Below are positions 26,167-38,819 of a stretch of DNA of 64,000 bases, piece after piece. A program made the position numbers and the translations under genes. Position 1 is the stretch's first letter. The number at the start of each line of letters is the position of its first letter. Source of the DNA: Podarcis gaigeae. Its lineage: Eukaryota. The notes beneath the pieces are model-generated. The model ran no database searches, was not told the origin of the DNA, and saw only the letters and a list, made by a program, of their open reading frames with translations. The DNA is taken from assembly GCA_964106915.2 (NCBI GenBank), contig OZ066926.1; one strand, given 5' to 3'.

Positions 26167-27874
26167 CTGCAAAGAGCCGTTACAGAGGGAAATATCAAGA
26201 ACAAGACATACCCCTTAGATGCAACCATATGGTCTCACAAGTTATGGTGCCAGTATGTTGTGGTGTCGCGGTTACAGTGCTTGGCTAGGTATTGGGAGCC
26301 CAGGGTGCAAATTCTCGCAGAGCCCTGAAGTCTGTTGGGTGGACTTGGGGCAACCACAGTGTCTCAGCCTAACCTACCACCACGCTGTGAAGATAATATG
26401 GGAAGAGGGAGAACCATGCAGGCCCCCTTGACTTCCTTGGATGGAAAGTGGGGCCACAGTGTAATAAACAAATAAATGTGTGTGCATGTGTTATGTCTGT
26501 AACTCATGTCGCTCGTTGTAGCTCACCTGTGATTCACTGCATCTAGTTTCATCCCACTCAAGGATGCCTTCAGGGCATGAGGAGTCATGCTCTGGAATGC
26601 GCACATGCACAAGTAACACTGAAGCTTGTGTAGACTTAAGGCCATAAAGCATTCTGCTGGTCACTGTGATGATACTCAGCTATTTGTAAGTGGGCATGAT
26701 CATCCTAGCCCATAGATGTTTGACTCATGCCAAACATACCAAGAACTTCCTTCATGGTTTCTGTTCAACGTGTATTGAAGATCCTTCAACTCCCAACCCC
26801 TGTGTTCAGCAACAAATGGCCACCATTTTAATTTTCCACAGTGCCTCAGAGATAGGGAGCAATATGGGAAATTAAAGTGGCAATTCTCAGGCACCAATTG
26901 GGGGCCCCACTAGCCTAGAAGGAGGCCCACTAGAGGCACTATGCTAAAGCCTTCTTCAAGCCTGGAGGATGTGTGCTTGTGAAATCGGCACTGAAATATC
27001 CTGTCCCCCACCCCACCAATTAAACTGTAAGAACTGCCTTATATTATCAGATCAAGTTTTCAACAGCTGCCAAGTAAATGCCACTAGGAAACTCACAAGC
27101 AGGTGAGGAGGGTGATATCTATCCCCTGTTGCTACTCCTCAGCAATTGGAACATAGAAATATGCTGCCTTCATATAAGAGGGTTTCATTTATCTATCCTG
27201 GTTAGTTTTATTCACTGTTTTATCTTCTCTTTTATTCTATTTTCTCATCACTTTTCCTCATCAATTTGTATTTAAGAAAGAAAGAAAGAGTCCTCATGAA
27301 AACTGACCCACATTTTAGTGTGGCTTTCTCCTAATTTACATGTTTTGGCAAAGCAATTTTTCTAATATAATGCTTTTTTGTATGTTATTTGCACTAAAAT
27401 ATGCATTTTTATGCACACTTTACCCTAGTAAATCCACTCCTGTACAAATTATTTGGCTGGAGAAGTGCACTGCAAAATTCCGGAATCACGCGAATTTTGG
27501 ATGGCTGTGTTTCAGTGCAGTTGCTGTTTCTGAAAGCGCAATTTAGGTGGAGTCACATTTAAATGCAAACTGAATCAAATATCTCCCCCAGCCATAGTCA
27601 TGTCCAGCTTGGCCCAATGTCTTATGCTGCTGCTGAATTACTGGGAGAGTCAGGGCTAGCTTATGCACCGACATTTCTCTTAGCAATGTTTTTTTTTGGG
27701 GGGGGTGAGTGCCAGTCTTTATGAGGACAAAACAGAATCATCCATGCACAATAGGAAGTATTAGCATGCTTGAAAGCCCAGTATTTGTAGAAGTACAGAA
27801 TGCAAACAAGCAAATAAACAAACAAACAAGCAAAACTTAAGGGGAATCCCTTCCAACCCAGTAGCTTCAGAATA

Positions 27875-28100
27875 CTGTGGTACCTCAGGTTAAGTACTTA
27901 ATTCGTTCTGGAGGTCCGGACTTAACCTGAAACTGTTCTTAACCTGAAGCACCAGTTTAGCTAATAGGGCCTCCTGCTGCTGCCGCGCCGCCGGAGCGTG
28001 ATTTCTGTTCTCATCCTGAAGCAAAGTTCTTAACCTGAAGCACTATTTCTGGGTTAGTGGAGTGTGTTACCTGAAGCGTATGTAACCCGGGGTACCACTG
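27875..28100. mobile_element. Tc1/mariner (Tigger/pogo-like) MITE, copy 1
   Basis: TIR C(A/T)GTGGTACC...GGTACCACTG with TA TSD; four copies in the window. Confidence 0.85.
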
Positions 28101-29831
28101 TACTGAATCAGTTGGCAGGAAAAACTGAAGGTGTTTTTGGGTGTGTGTGTGGAATGGTCTGGCTGGCTGAAAGGAGCAAGGGGCGAGGGGAATGTGGCTG
28201 AAACAACTAGGGAAACTTCAAAACTCTGCTGCTCGGGCAGGTGTGAAAGAAGGCAAGAACCGCTCTCTGCTCTGTTTCCCTCCTTGCTGGAGAGAAATGC
28301 ATGAAAAGATGATGGAGAAAGAGGCACAAAGAGATAAAAAGGACATCATTTTTGTCTGGACATGTAATTTCCTGGTTCCTACTGAGTTTATTTTTAAATG
28401 TCCTCAGAGAAAAGTGAAAGTAAGAGCTGCCCATAGGTATAAGTGGATAACATCCAAAATGTTAATGCAACTGGAATTGGGCATCACTGTGTCCACCCAC
28501 CCACACAGCAAAACTCCAAAAGGTAGCAGCAAAGACGAAAGAGCTCCTGTTCTTTTTAATGCAATTCTTATTCAGTGTGAAACATTTAAAGATTTTTTTT
28601 TTGCTAATATAAATTCCAAAGCAAATGTGGTTCACATTGCCAGCTGGAAAAGGTAGACTTGAGGTTTTTTAAAAAATATTTTGTAGAGCCCCTTCTTTAA
28701 TTCTTGTCATAGACAAGGAGACTTGGGTTGTGTCAAGATAGGTCCATTAATTTTAAGTAGAACTTAAGTTAGCCATGCCAGTGGGCCTCCTCTGGGTATG
28801 ACTAAAAGCGAGTCTATCCTGTTAAAAGCGAGTCTCTCCTGTCAGGGAGATGTGCCAATCTCAGATTCAGGGATTTTCTTACCCTCTAAAACCCTTCATG
28901 TTTTGGGACCTAATATAATATCTGTTTAGGAAAGGCTTTGGCTATAATGCAGCCCTGAAGTAACATTCACACAGAAGGCTGGAGGCCAGGGGACATTTTA
29001 ACCTCTAAGTAGTTTGCAACAGTCCTACAGTGCTGTTGAGAGATGTTGTCCAGAGGTAGAACCTTACTGCAGCCTGGGGTTTGACCAAACATGGGGCAGT
29101 AGCTTGCAACACAGCTGTAATGTTATCCTTAGTTTTTAGTCATGTGTTTCAGGTTGGCTTGAGAGATTAGTAATCAACAGTGTAGCTGTTGCAGCGTGGC
29201 TCACTGCTGTATCCTTACTGCAGGTTGAGAGACTTTGCTGAATATAGGGGAGAATTTCGGTTCAGTTCGTATTTTGATGGGAATCTACCTAACCTTCACT
29301 TCCCCAAACAACATGTGGACAGGTAGCCATCAAAAATTAACACCTCTGAATTTTGTGGTGCAAACTTCAGCTATATACAAAAATGTGTACGTTTGAGGGA
29401 AAGTGTGCATAAATGTGCATATATTTCTGAAATAAACACACAAAGATGCATGATATTAAGGGGAACTACTTGCTCAAGTGTGTACTTGCTCAAGTGTGGA
29501 CTTTTAAAAATAAAAATTTAAAAAGTAATTGCATATTGATCTGGAAAACTGAAACCATTGAAAAAGAGAAACCGAAACTGATGCGTGTGCCCATCCCTAG
29601 CTGGGAGGGAATATTTTATAGGAGTAATGCAGTACTCTGATGCCCTGTTAATAATCCCTAGTCAAGTTGCAGCAAAAGTCAAAACTGAAATTGTCCCCTG
29701 AAACCAACCTGTAGCCATAATGGGGGGCGGGGGGGTGTCATCATGCTTGGGGAAACTCCAAAGTTTGCAGAAGTTAAAATAAAATAAAAGTATATTGGTG
29801 GCAGTTGAGGGGTAGTGGAAGAAACAGAATA

Positions 29832-29890
<59 letters not shown>

Positions 29891-30324
29891 CCTGCCCATC
29901 TGGCTAGATTGCCCCAGCCACTCTGGGTGGCTTCCAATACATAGAATAATAATAATAATATATAAAAAAAAACAGCAAACATTAATAGTAACAATCTGAT
30001 CCAGTATAAAAATAACTTTAAACTTGATGGAGTGGAAGACTGGGCTGTCCCGCTTAGGTGGTTTGACGGGCAGGAACCCTAAACAGGAGCAATAGGAGAT
30101 GTGGTGGTCTCACTTGTTAGATTCCTAATGAGGACATGGACTGGCAATAGTACAGTGGACACCCTTTCTGCCTTCTGGCCTTAAAAGCCCTGTGAGGCCA
30201 GCAAAGGAAAACTTGCTTTACCCCTTGGCCAAAATTTAAATCTGTGATTCAAGATTGGGAGTCAGGAGCATGTGTGTGTGTGTGTGTTTGCGCATGCACA
30301 TGTGCAAGAAGTGCAGTGTGGGAG

Positions 30325-30542
30325 CTAGTGTTGTGTAACCGTTAGAGTGCCGGACTTTGAGGTGGGAGACCAGGGTTCGAATCCCCGCTTAGCCATGAAT
30401 CTCCCTGGGTGACCTTGGGCCAGCCACACACAAATTCTCAGCCTAACCTACACCGCAGGGTTGTTGTGAGGACTCATGGGAGTGGGGAGAACCATGTCCA
30501 CCACCCTGAGCTCCTTGGATGAAAATGCAATAGATAAATAAA
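30325..30542 (+). mobile_element. MIR-related CORE SINE
   Basis: tRNA head with GGTTCGAATCCC and CORE segment GGGTGACCTTGGGC...CTCAGCCTAACCTAC...GGGTTGTTGTGAGGA. Relatives at about 26250-26470, 33060-33270, 56395-56610 and 60130-60325. Confidence 0.75.
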
Positions 30543-30557
30543 TGCTGGGAAGTGTAC

Positions 30558-30703
30558 CTCTTTGAGCAAGAAGGAAGAAGCAGCAAAGGCAAAGGACCAT
30601 CCGTAGCGGTATTGGAAGTACTGCTCTGAGCCACTGGGGCGGTTCATCACTTCGTCATTGATGCTGGAGATGTACAGAACCAAGCCGACCACCAGAGAGA
30701 GCC
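30558..30703 (-). CDS. CACNG7: CACNG7 coding exon 4 (TM3, extracellular loop 2, TM4), 146 nt
   Basis: Encodes (G)LSLVVGLVLYISSINDEVMNRPSGSEQYFQYRYGWSFAFAASSFLLKE, with the YGWSF motif. Acceptor CTTTCTGCAG|, donor GAG|GTACAC. Confidence 0.97.
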
Positions 30704-30733
30704 CTGCAGAAAGAGCACAGAGGGAGAGGGGTG

Positions 30734-30790
30734 GGAAGGAAGGAAGGAAGGAAGGAAGGAAGGAAGGAAGGAAGGAAGGAAGGAAGGAAG
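30734..30790. repeat. (GGAA)n microsatellite just upstream of the exon 4 acceptor
   Basis: About 14 perfect units read directly. Confidence 0.95.
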
Positions 30791-30971
30791 AGGCTGTTAT
30801 TTTCCGCTGTTCATAAAGGCCTCACTTGTGGGGAGGAGCCACAGCTCCAGTAGCAGAGCCCCTGCTTCACAAGCGCCAGAAGGTCCCAGTTCTAATCCTG
30901 ACATATCTAGGTAGGGCTCAGCATTTTCAGTTTGAGACCCAGGGAGAGAGCTTCAGCCAGTCAGTGTAGAC

Positions 30972-31211
30972 CAGGGGTAGGCAACCTAAGGCCTGGGGGC
31001 CAGATGCGGCCCAATCACCTTCTCAATTTGGCTCACGGATGGTCCAGGAATCAGTGTGTTTTTACATGAGTAGAATGTATGCTTTTATTTAAAATGCATC
31101 TCTGGGTTATTTATGGGGCATAGGAATTCATTCATTTTTTTTGTCCAAAATATAGTCCGGCCCTCCACATGGTCTGGTCAGCCCACGGCTGAAAAAGGTT
31201 GCTGACCCCTG
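30972..31211. mobile_element. hAT (Charlie-like) non-autonomous element
   Basis: TIR CAGGGGTAGGCAACC...GGTTGCTGACCCCTG; perfect 8-bp TSD GTGTAGAC at 30964-30971 and 31212-31219. Confidence 0.88.
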
Positions 31212-31256
31212 GTGTAGACAGTATTGAGCTACATGGACCAGTGATCAAACTCAGTA

Positions 31257-31482
31257 CAGTGGTACCTCATGTTAAGTACTTAATTTGTTCTGGAGGTCCG
31301 TACTTAACCTGAAACTGTTTTTAACCTGAAGCACCACTTTAGCTAACGGGGCCTCCTGCTGCTGCAGCGCTGCCGGAGCACAATTTCTGTTCTCATCCTG
31401 AAGCAGAGTTCTTAACCTGAAGCACTATTTCTGGGTTAGCGGAGTCTGTAACCTGAAGCGTATGTAACCTGAGGTACCACTG
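31257..31482. mobile_element. Tc1/mariner MITE, copy 2 (nested in a SINE)
   Basis: TA|CAGTGGTACCTC...GAGGTACCACTG|TA; same orientation as copy 1. Confidence 0.88.
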
Positions 31483-32683
31483 TATAAGGTACCTCCCTCG
31501 GTTCTTATGTTGTACCACAAACCTACCTCACTCTCCACATTTAGCTCAGAGCAGAGATGCCACTGCAACCAGCCGCAGTGTGTGCATGTACACACACACA
31601 CACACACACACACACAAATGCACACACATCACCCCTTTATGGGTTCCTTTCAGACTATATGTGTTGGGTGGTGTTGGTCAACAGCATGCCCACATTTCTG
31701 TCTATTAATTATATCATATAGAAGACAACCAGAGCTACTGTAAATCAAGCCTGCTCCTATCTACATAATTGCACCCCTTCAGCTGCATAGCTTCACCCTG
31801 CATTGCATTTCTTGGTCGTAGCAGCATGTGACAAAGAGAAAGAGTGCTAAAATGCAGCTGGCTCAGTAGTGCAGCACGGTGCCGTACTGTGCTTGTGCTG
31901 CAGCATCACAGACAGGCCTATGTGCCGCTCTTCTGTTTCCCATTAAGGGCCCAGTGCTGCCCTTTTCGGCTGCTCACAAATTTACTTCTGGGGTTGCCTT
32001 GCAGCCATTGCTCTTCAACTCTTAATATCATCTGAACTGAAGAAAGCCAACTTCCAACAATTGCCTTCCACAATCCATTCTTCCCTTGCCATGCAATTAG
32101 AACTATAACATTTTTGTTCAGCCTCACTTGCCTGGCCCCACTGCCTTGGCCCCCATAGCCCCTCTGTCCTCCACCCCTCCAGATGACAGATTAAACACAC
32201 TTATTCTCTAAGTAGAACTGATTTGGCTCTGCAAGGCTTTGGAAATTTTTTTTTGGGGGGGGGGGTTACTATTTTATTATATATTTTATCAGAACTGGCC
32301 CAGCCATTATACGGGGTAAAGCTACTGCTTCAGGAGGCAGAAACCCTGCAGTTGACACGCCCATGGGTGCCCCACCTGCCCCACTGCCTCCACTAGCGAT
32401 GGAGAAGCGCTACTGCCATTGGTGCCAATTTTGGGCAAGATCACGTCCATTTGTGGTAAGATCTTGCCTGAAATTGGGGGGGGGGGACTTGAGGAGCACA
32501 CAAAATCTCGTGTGATTTGGAGTGAAATCTCACCTGAAATCAGTGTGCCCTTGCCCAAAATCAGTGCCGGTGGCAGTGCTGCTTCAGATGCAGCTGGGTG
32601 CAGGACAGGAGAAGGTAGGTGGTGGCGACAGGGGCAGGGGAAAGCAGCGCTTCCCATTTCATCTGAAGTGGTGAAATGGGATG

Positions 32684-33024
32684 TAAAGGTAAAGGGACCC
32701 CTGACCATTAGGTCCAGTCATGGCCGACTCTGGGGTTGCGGCACTCATCTCGCTTTATTGGCCGAGGGAGCCGGCGGACAGCTTCCGGGTCATGTGGCCA
32801 GCATGACTAAGCCGCTTCTGGCGGACCAGAGCAACGCACGGAAACGCCGTTTACGTTTCCACTATTTATCTACTTGCACTTTGATGTGCTTTCGAACTGC
32901 TAGGTTGGCAGGAGCAGGGACCGAGCAATGGGAGCTCACCCCAACGCGGGGATTTGAACCACCAACCTTCTGATTGGCAAGTCCTAGGCTGTGTGGTTTA
33001 ACCCACAGCACCACCCGCATCCCT
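32684..33024 (-). mobile_element. Sauria SINE in CACNG7 intron
   Basis: Homologous to the other copies. TSD GAAATGGGATG at 32673-32683 and 33027-33037. Confidence 0.9.
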
Positions 33025-34749
33025 ACGAAATGGGATGCACCAGCCCTGTATTTCATTATTACATTTTACCCCACCTTTACTTCCAAGAAGTTCAAGGTGG
33101 CTTTCATGGTTCTTCCTCTCACCACTTTACCCTCACAACAACCCTGAGAGGTAGATTAAGCTGAGAGGCAGCAACCAGCCCAAGGTCACCCAGTGAGCTT
33201 TGTGGCTGAGTGGGGATTTGAACCCTGGTCTCCCAGGTCCAGCACTCTAGCCTTTACATCATGCTGGCCATCTACTATGACCCCCTGCTTTATTACTACC
33301 TGTATTTGTTGCTACTTATTGTATTAATGTTTTAATAAATATGCACAGGCAGGCAGCACCATTTGTTCCTCCTCCTCTGGTCCTGCCCCCCGGACCCCAG
33401 TATGGATGTGGGCCTAAGGTTGCCCTGCCCGCTTCCCTCTTCTTCCCCCTCCTCCCGCACTGGCGAATGCAATGGCAGCAAAATGGTCTGAGGGAGGAGG
33501 CAGAAGTGGACAAACCTGGGCTTTTGTCATAAATCTAAAGGCCGTTTTGTGCTTCGGTTGTGTTCTGGCACTTCTGTCATGCTTGAGTTGGAGCGTGACA
33601 AAAGCGGAGGGTGGATGCGGCAGGATGCAGCTCTTTGCTCCCTGCTTTGCTGCCATTCCTCCGCTTCATCTCCTCCTTCTCCCATGCTGGCCAGGGAGTT
33701 GTGTGTCCCCCCCCCCCCCGGGCCTCAGCAGTAACGCCAGCTCACCTGCCTTCTGAAGTGATGGCTGCTTACTGCTGGAGCTGGTGGGCAGGGAAGCCAG
33801 AGGCAATTCTGGGTTTTTTTTCCTGTCGTCCTCTCTTGCAAAAATACAGTGGGTGCTTTAGCAATTCTCAGGCAAAAGCATCAGAGGAGAAAAGCTAGAC
33901 ACAGAGAAACTTCACATTTGTACAAGCCAGCATCCAGTTTCTAAATATCTAGCTGGATAAATGAGTCTTTATAGCAAGTGTCTGTTTTAAATGCATTTGC
34001 CCTTTATGGGTTTTTTTAAAAAAACTTTTAAATTTTATATGTAAGTTGCCTTGAGATGATGGTTTAGAAGGTGATTTATCGTAATAATTCTGTAATTTTT
34101 CAGTTCTGCTTTTACCAAGATGGATGGAAAGAATGCCAGGAAGTCTTGGAATAATAAGAAAATTATTAATATGGCTCGGGGAGTGGGGCCGGGCATGAAA
34201 CTGCTGGACTTTGGATTTGGGGTGTAGAAAAAATAATGGTAGGACCTTGCTCCTGGCTTCTGAAATATAAGTGTTGGTGGGGGGAGGCATAGAAAGGGTG
34301 TAACAGGGAAGGCATATCGCTACCTTTCCCAGCTCCTTTCTAATTGGTGCTTCTTCAGGGTGTTTGAAGAGAGCATTGCTGAAGCTGTCTTGGAGAGAAG
34401 AGTGATAGCTCAGGGGCAGAGCACCAGAAAGTGCCAAATTCAATCCCCAGCATCTCCAGGTGAGGCTGGGAATGATGCTTGTCCGAAATCCTAGATAACC
34501 GCTGCCAGTGAGATCAGGGGTGAGGAAACTGTGACCCTCCAGGTGTTGTTGGGCCACATCTCCCATCATCTCCATTAATTGGCAATGCTGGGTGTCCAAC
34601 AATATCTGGAGGACCACAGGCTCCCTGGACCTGAGCTAGGTGGACCAATGGTTTCCTTGGCAAAAGGCGAGTGCTCATTCTAAACTCTATAGCAGGCCAT
34701 GTCAGCTGGTAAGTGATGGGAGTTGTGGTCCAAAATAGCCCTAGACTAC

Positions 34750-35093
34750 CTGGGTGGCGTTGTGGGTTAAACCACAGAGCCTAGGACTTGCCAATCAGAA
34801 GGTCGGCGGTTTGAATCACCATGACGGGGTGAGCTCCCGTTGCTCGGTCCCAGCTCCTGCCAACCTAGCAGTTCGAAAGCACGTCAAATTGCAAGTAGAC
34901 AAATAGGTACCGCTCTGATGGGAAGGTAAACGGTGTTTCCATGCGCTGCCCTGGTTCGCCAGAAGCAGCTTAGTCATGCTGACCATGTGACCCAGAAGCT
35001 GTACGCCGGCTCCCTCGGCCAATAAAGCGAGATGAGCGCCACAACCCCAGAGTCGGCCACGACTGGACCTAATGGTCAGGGGTCCCTTTACCT
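34750..35093 (+). mobile_element. Sauria SINE in CACNG7 intron
   Basis: Runs from GGGTGGCGTTGTGGGTTAAACC to GGGGTCCCTTTACC, homologous to 2611-2950. Confidence 0.9.
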
Positions 35094-35797
35094 TAGGAAT
35101 CTTCAGAGACACAGTCCTCAGATGATGACAGTCTCATGTGGAGCTACAGTCACTACAGCCTACCTCTCCTCCCCTGAACCCTGAGGAATCACCCCTGCCA
35201 CAGACACCAAAGGCTGGACCACAGATTTCAGAGGATTGGAAGATCTCTGTGAAGAGATCCCCATAGCTTGAAAGCCCAGGGCCTAGAAGAAGCAGCCAAT
35301 GGCTGCAGGATAAAAACTTTGGCCTCACTGGCCAAATGAAGCATTCATATGGTGTAGTAGCTAAGCGAGGCTATGAGGAACTATTTATTAGGTGCTTCAG
35401 GGCATTGACTCAGTAATGTATACAGTCTGGCTCAGCTGCATGATTGCTGACCATGGTCCTGAAATCCACACCTTGACCCTTCTCCAAGGTGCTGATCCTT
35501 GCCTGTGCTTTTCCTTCCTATCGGCCTAGGACTATGGACCTCCTCTGTGCTTGGGCCATCACCCGTGTTAAGAATCCCCACAGAACAAGGTTGCGAAAGG
35601 CTACTCTGTGGCTTGTCAATTCTTAACGGAAGCCACCACCCCACTACAAGGGTTATAGTCCCCCTGTTGCCATGACCTATCCCTGCTCCACTCTGAAGAC
35701 TACCACACAGGATTTATTTAGCTATCCCAAATGCCATGGTTAGCACACAGATTCCAGGAATAAATTGCCCTCTGATGAATGTTCCCCCACACCTCAC

Positions 35798-35938
35798 CAG
35801 AGAGGATGAAGAAGATTCCTGAAACGAAAGCCAGGATGGTCCTCTGGGGGCGGATATGTCCGATGTTGCTAATGACAAATGCTGTGAAGACGAGAAAGAG
35901 GCTGACCATAGGGAAAGGGGTGGCTGTGCGGATGGTCT
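35798..35938 (-). CDS. CACNG7: CACNG7 coding exon 3 (TM2-TM3), 141 nt
   Basis: Encodes (K)TIRTATPFPMVSLFLVFTAFVISNIGHIRPQRTILAFVSGIFFILS(G). Pyrimidine-rich acceptor ending TTGGCAG|, donor CTG|GTGAGG. Confidence 0.97.
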
Positions 35939-38291
35939 CTGCCAAGAGAAAGAGAGAAAGAGAAGAGTCAGATTTTCTAAGTTAAATTTGAGTCGATCCT
36001 CTTCACCAAAGCACAGTCCTAGAACCAGGTTTGAATGCTCAGATTTCTGACATGTGTTGTATTCCTGGGAAAGCCCCCTGAGCACACAAATATATATTCC
36101 CCCTACTTCCTGAGTAACCACAGGCTGCATGCATTCCTTTAGGAGTGAAAAGGCTGGGGCTTCTAGATGGGCTTAAACTGGAACTCTTTCTTTTAGAAAT
36201 GACCCCACAGTACACACATCAGGTTTCAGTGAGTTGGATGCAAAATCATGCCTGGTTCTCTGCAAACTCTGTTTATTTAAACTAACATAGCCCTTTTTCT
36301 AGAATCTTACAGACATCACAGATGAATACTCCACACATAAAATAACTCACATCTGAATGTGGCAAGCAAATGTAGTAAAATTTCCAAAGTAATTTCAGGG
36401 TTGAGCTTTGATTAAATGGAAGCGGGGAGTAAAAGGAGGGGAGCAGATGATAACATGTGTGACTGAAATGTTTGAGGCAGAGCTGGCTCAAGATATTTTG
36501 CTGCCTGAGGCAACAGTGCAAAGTACCCCATAACATGTGCAAAGGCTACAGACACACTGTACAACTAAAGCATGGCAACTGTCGTTTGTTAAGGGTGCTG
36601 GAAATTGCAGTTCTGTGAGGAGTAAACTACCATTCCTAGGATTATTTGAGGGGGGTATTGTTCTTTAAATGTATGATGTGTGCACATCCAAAATTGATTT
36701 AAAGGGACATTTTATTTCAGATCAGTAGGTAGAGCAAAAAAAAAAACATACTGCTATGCTATGCCACCTGCCATCTCTTCCTATAGGACCATATATGTGG
36801 CTTCCCAGAATTAAAAGAACTGAGGCAGGGGCAGAGGTAAACATCTGCTGTGACATTCAGTAAAGTGGGTCCTGGATCTGCAAAGGTTGAAGAAACATTG
36901 AAACATACAAAAAGTATGTAAACCATAATACATGCACCATAATAATGGTCCAGTGAAAACACTCAAGTAAGCTTACAAGTGCTACACTAGATGCATGTCC
37001 ACCACGTATCAAAACATCTCTTTGCCTTTACATTCAAGAGTCCTTATCTTTAGACACACACACACCTATTTGATGGACAAATGTGCAAGGGTGATAAAAC
37101 TAAATCCCTTGTATCTCAGTTGTTTCCCAAGCACATGGAACATTTCCACATACAGGTGAATTCTTATTTGCATGCAGATGGTCCACACGACAAAACAACA
37201 CAGTCCATCGGATAAATGCTTGCACCAATACATTCTGGAACCGATCCAAAGTGTTCTTTTCATTTTTGAATATGATCTTAGGTCAACCTTAGTCTATCTT
37301 ATTTGCCAGGCCCTCTTCCCAAACCCACAAATTTGACTTTGGTATACAACATGAAGTATACTTTTCACACACAAAAATTGAGTTTTCCAGAACATGAGAT
37401 TCAATTACCCAAAAGTTGCCTTTCTAAAAGTCTCTTTAAACTGTGTGTCAACTGTGATTCCTGATAAGGTGATTCCTGTTTCTGTTAAAAGGGCATGGAC
37501 CCCATTTGTATTTGGCAACTCTGAACACCAAAGCATCTAACCTTGATGGCTCAGAACTCAAGCTAAGGGCTCCACCCTTTTTTGGACAATGTCAAGTTAT
37601 TAAAAAAAAATTAAGAGTGCCACTGAATATGTGCAGAGTTGATTGCCCTCCACTCTGTGTAACAGCAGCTTACTATTAGTCATTTCTGGAACTACAAGGT
37701 TCACTTCTAAACAATAAGACACCTCTCTTGGCTGGAACTGAGGCCTAGTCTGCACATGCCGCAGATCTGAGGAGGCTGAATTCTGAGGTGGTAAATGTGC
37801 AGTAGCATTTCAGACTTCAGCTGAATTCATCACATTTTTGAATACTTCCTCGGTTTCTTCATTTGTAAAGCCCTCCCTGTAAGTTAAAGAAACAACCACA
37901 ACTATAATTAGGGAGGTTCTGGCCTAGCCTGCTCCCCGCTGTGTTGGTTTGTGCTTGTTGGAAGATTTCTTCTGCTAGGGGAAAATTGAAAATGCAACAC
38001 CCTTCCTCACAGCTCAGTTGTAGAGCTGGAAACTCTTAATACCAGCATTGTGGGTTTGAGCCCCATGTTGGGTGAAAGATTCCTGCATTTCCTGGAAGGT
38101 TGGACTAGATGACTGTCATGGCCCCTTCCAGGTCTACAATTAGATGATTCTTCTACCTTTTTCTAGGTCCCCTCTACACCTCCGAAAGAATGGATTGTGG
38201 TAGGGTGTTGAATGCCAAAGGTGGTAGAGTGGACTGTGGGGAGGAGATAGTTCACCGTGTAAATACTTCCTGCAAGTAGAAAACTATATAC

Positions 38292-38819
38292 TGTTGGGGT
38301 GCTGCTACTGGCTACTGGCTGCTTGCCCAATGAAGCAGAGAGACTGAGAAAAAGTGAACTTTTCAGTTCCTTTTTATTATTAGAATTACCAGGACAAAAT
38401 TCCATCCACACTGTTCATTATCCGGCGTTGCCTCGAGTGAAGCTCCACTTCCTCTTCTCTGTACTTCCCTATTCATCAGACTCCTCCTCCCTCCTATGGC
38501 AGCTGTCAAGTGCCACCCACCTCTGAGCCCTCTTCTCTGCCATTCTCAATGAACACCTGGTTTGGGGTGATAGAACAGGTTCTGGGGTACTCTCCAGCGA
38601 CAGCTTGTGTCAGCCAGCCACTGCTCAGGCTCTGCCTGTTCTGTGCTACCTGGTTCTTGCTCCTCATCTTCCATTATTTCCCAACTTCTTCCTTCTTCTG
38701 GGTTGTGACCTGTGTCGAACCACTCTTCTAGATCTATACTATCAGCCCCTTCCTCCTCTCTGGAAGGCTCCTGGGCAGACTGTCTCCACCATTCCTCCTC
38801 ATCTGCCCAGTCCCTGACA
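38292..38819 (-). mobile_element. Solo LTR (probably Gypsy/Ty3 type), 528 bp
   Basis: TG...CA termini, perfect 5-bp TSD TATAC (38287-38291 and 38820-38824), and minus-strand AATAAA at 38378-38373 about 80 nt before the 3' end. Confidence 0.75.

Noticed and set aside
28803-28842. 20-bp tandem duplication TAAAAGCGAGTCT(A/C)TCCTGT
   Set aside because: An ordinary local slippage duplication with two units and no spacers; not CRISPR-like.
33949-34617. 222-aa minus-strand ORF
   Set aside because: It runs through a MITE and a SINE and resembles no known protein; a chance open frame.
35120-35650. Possible second LTR-like remnant
   Set aside because: I could not identify matching TG...CA termini with a TSD.
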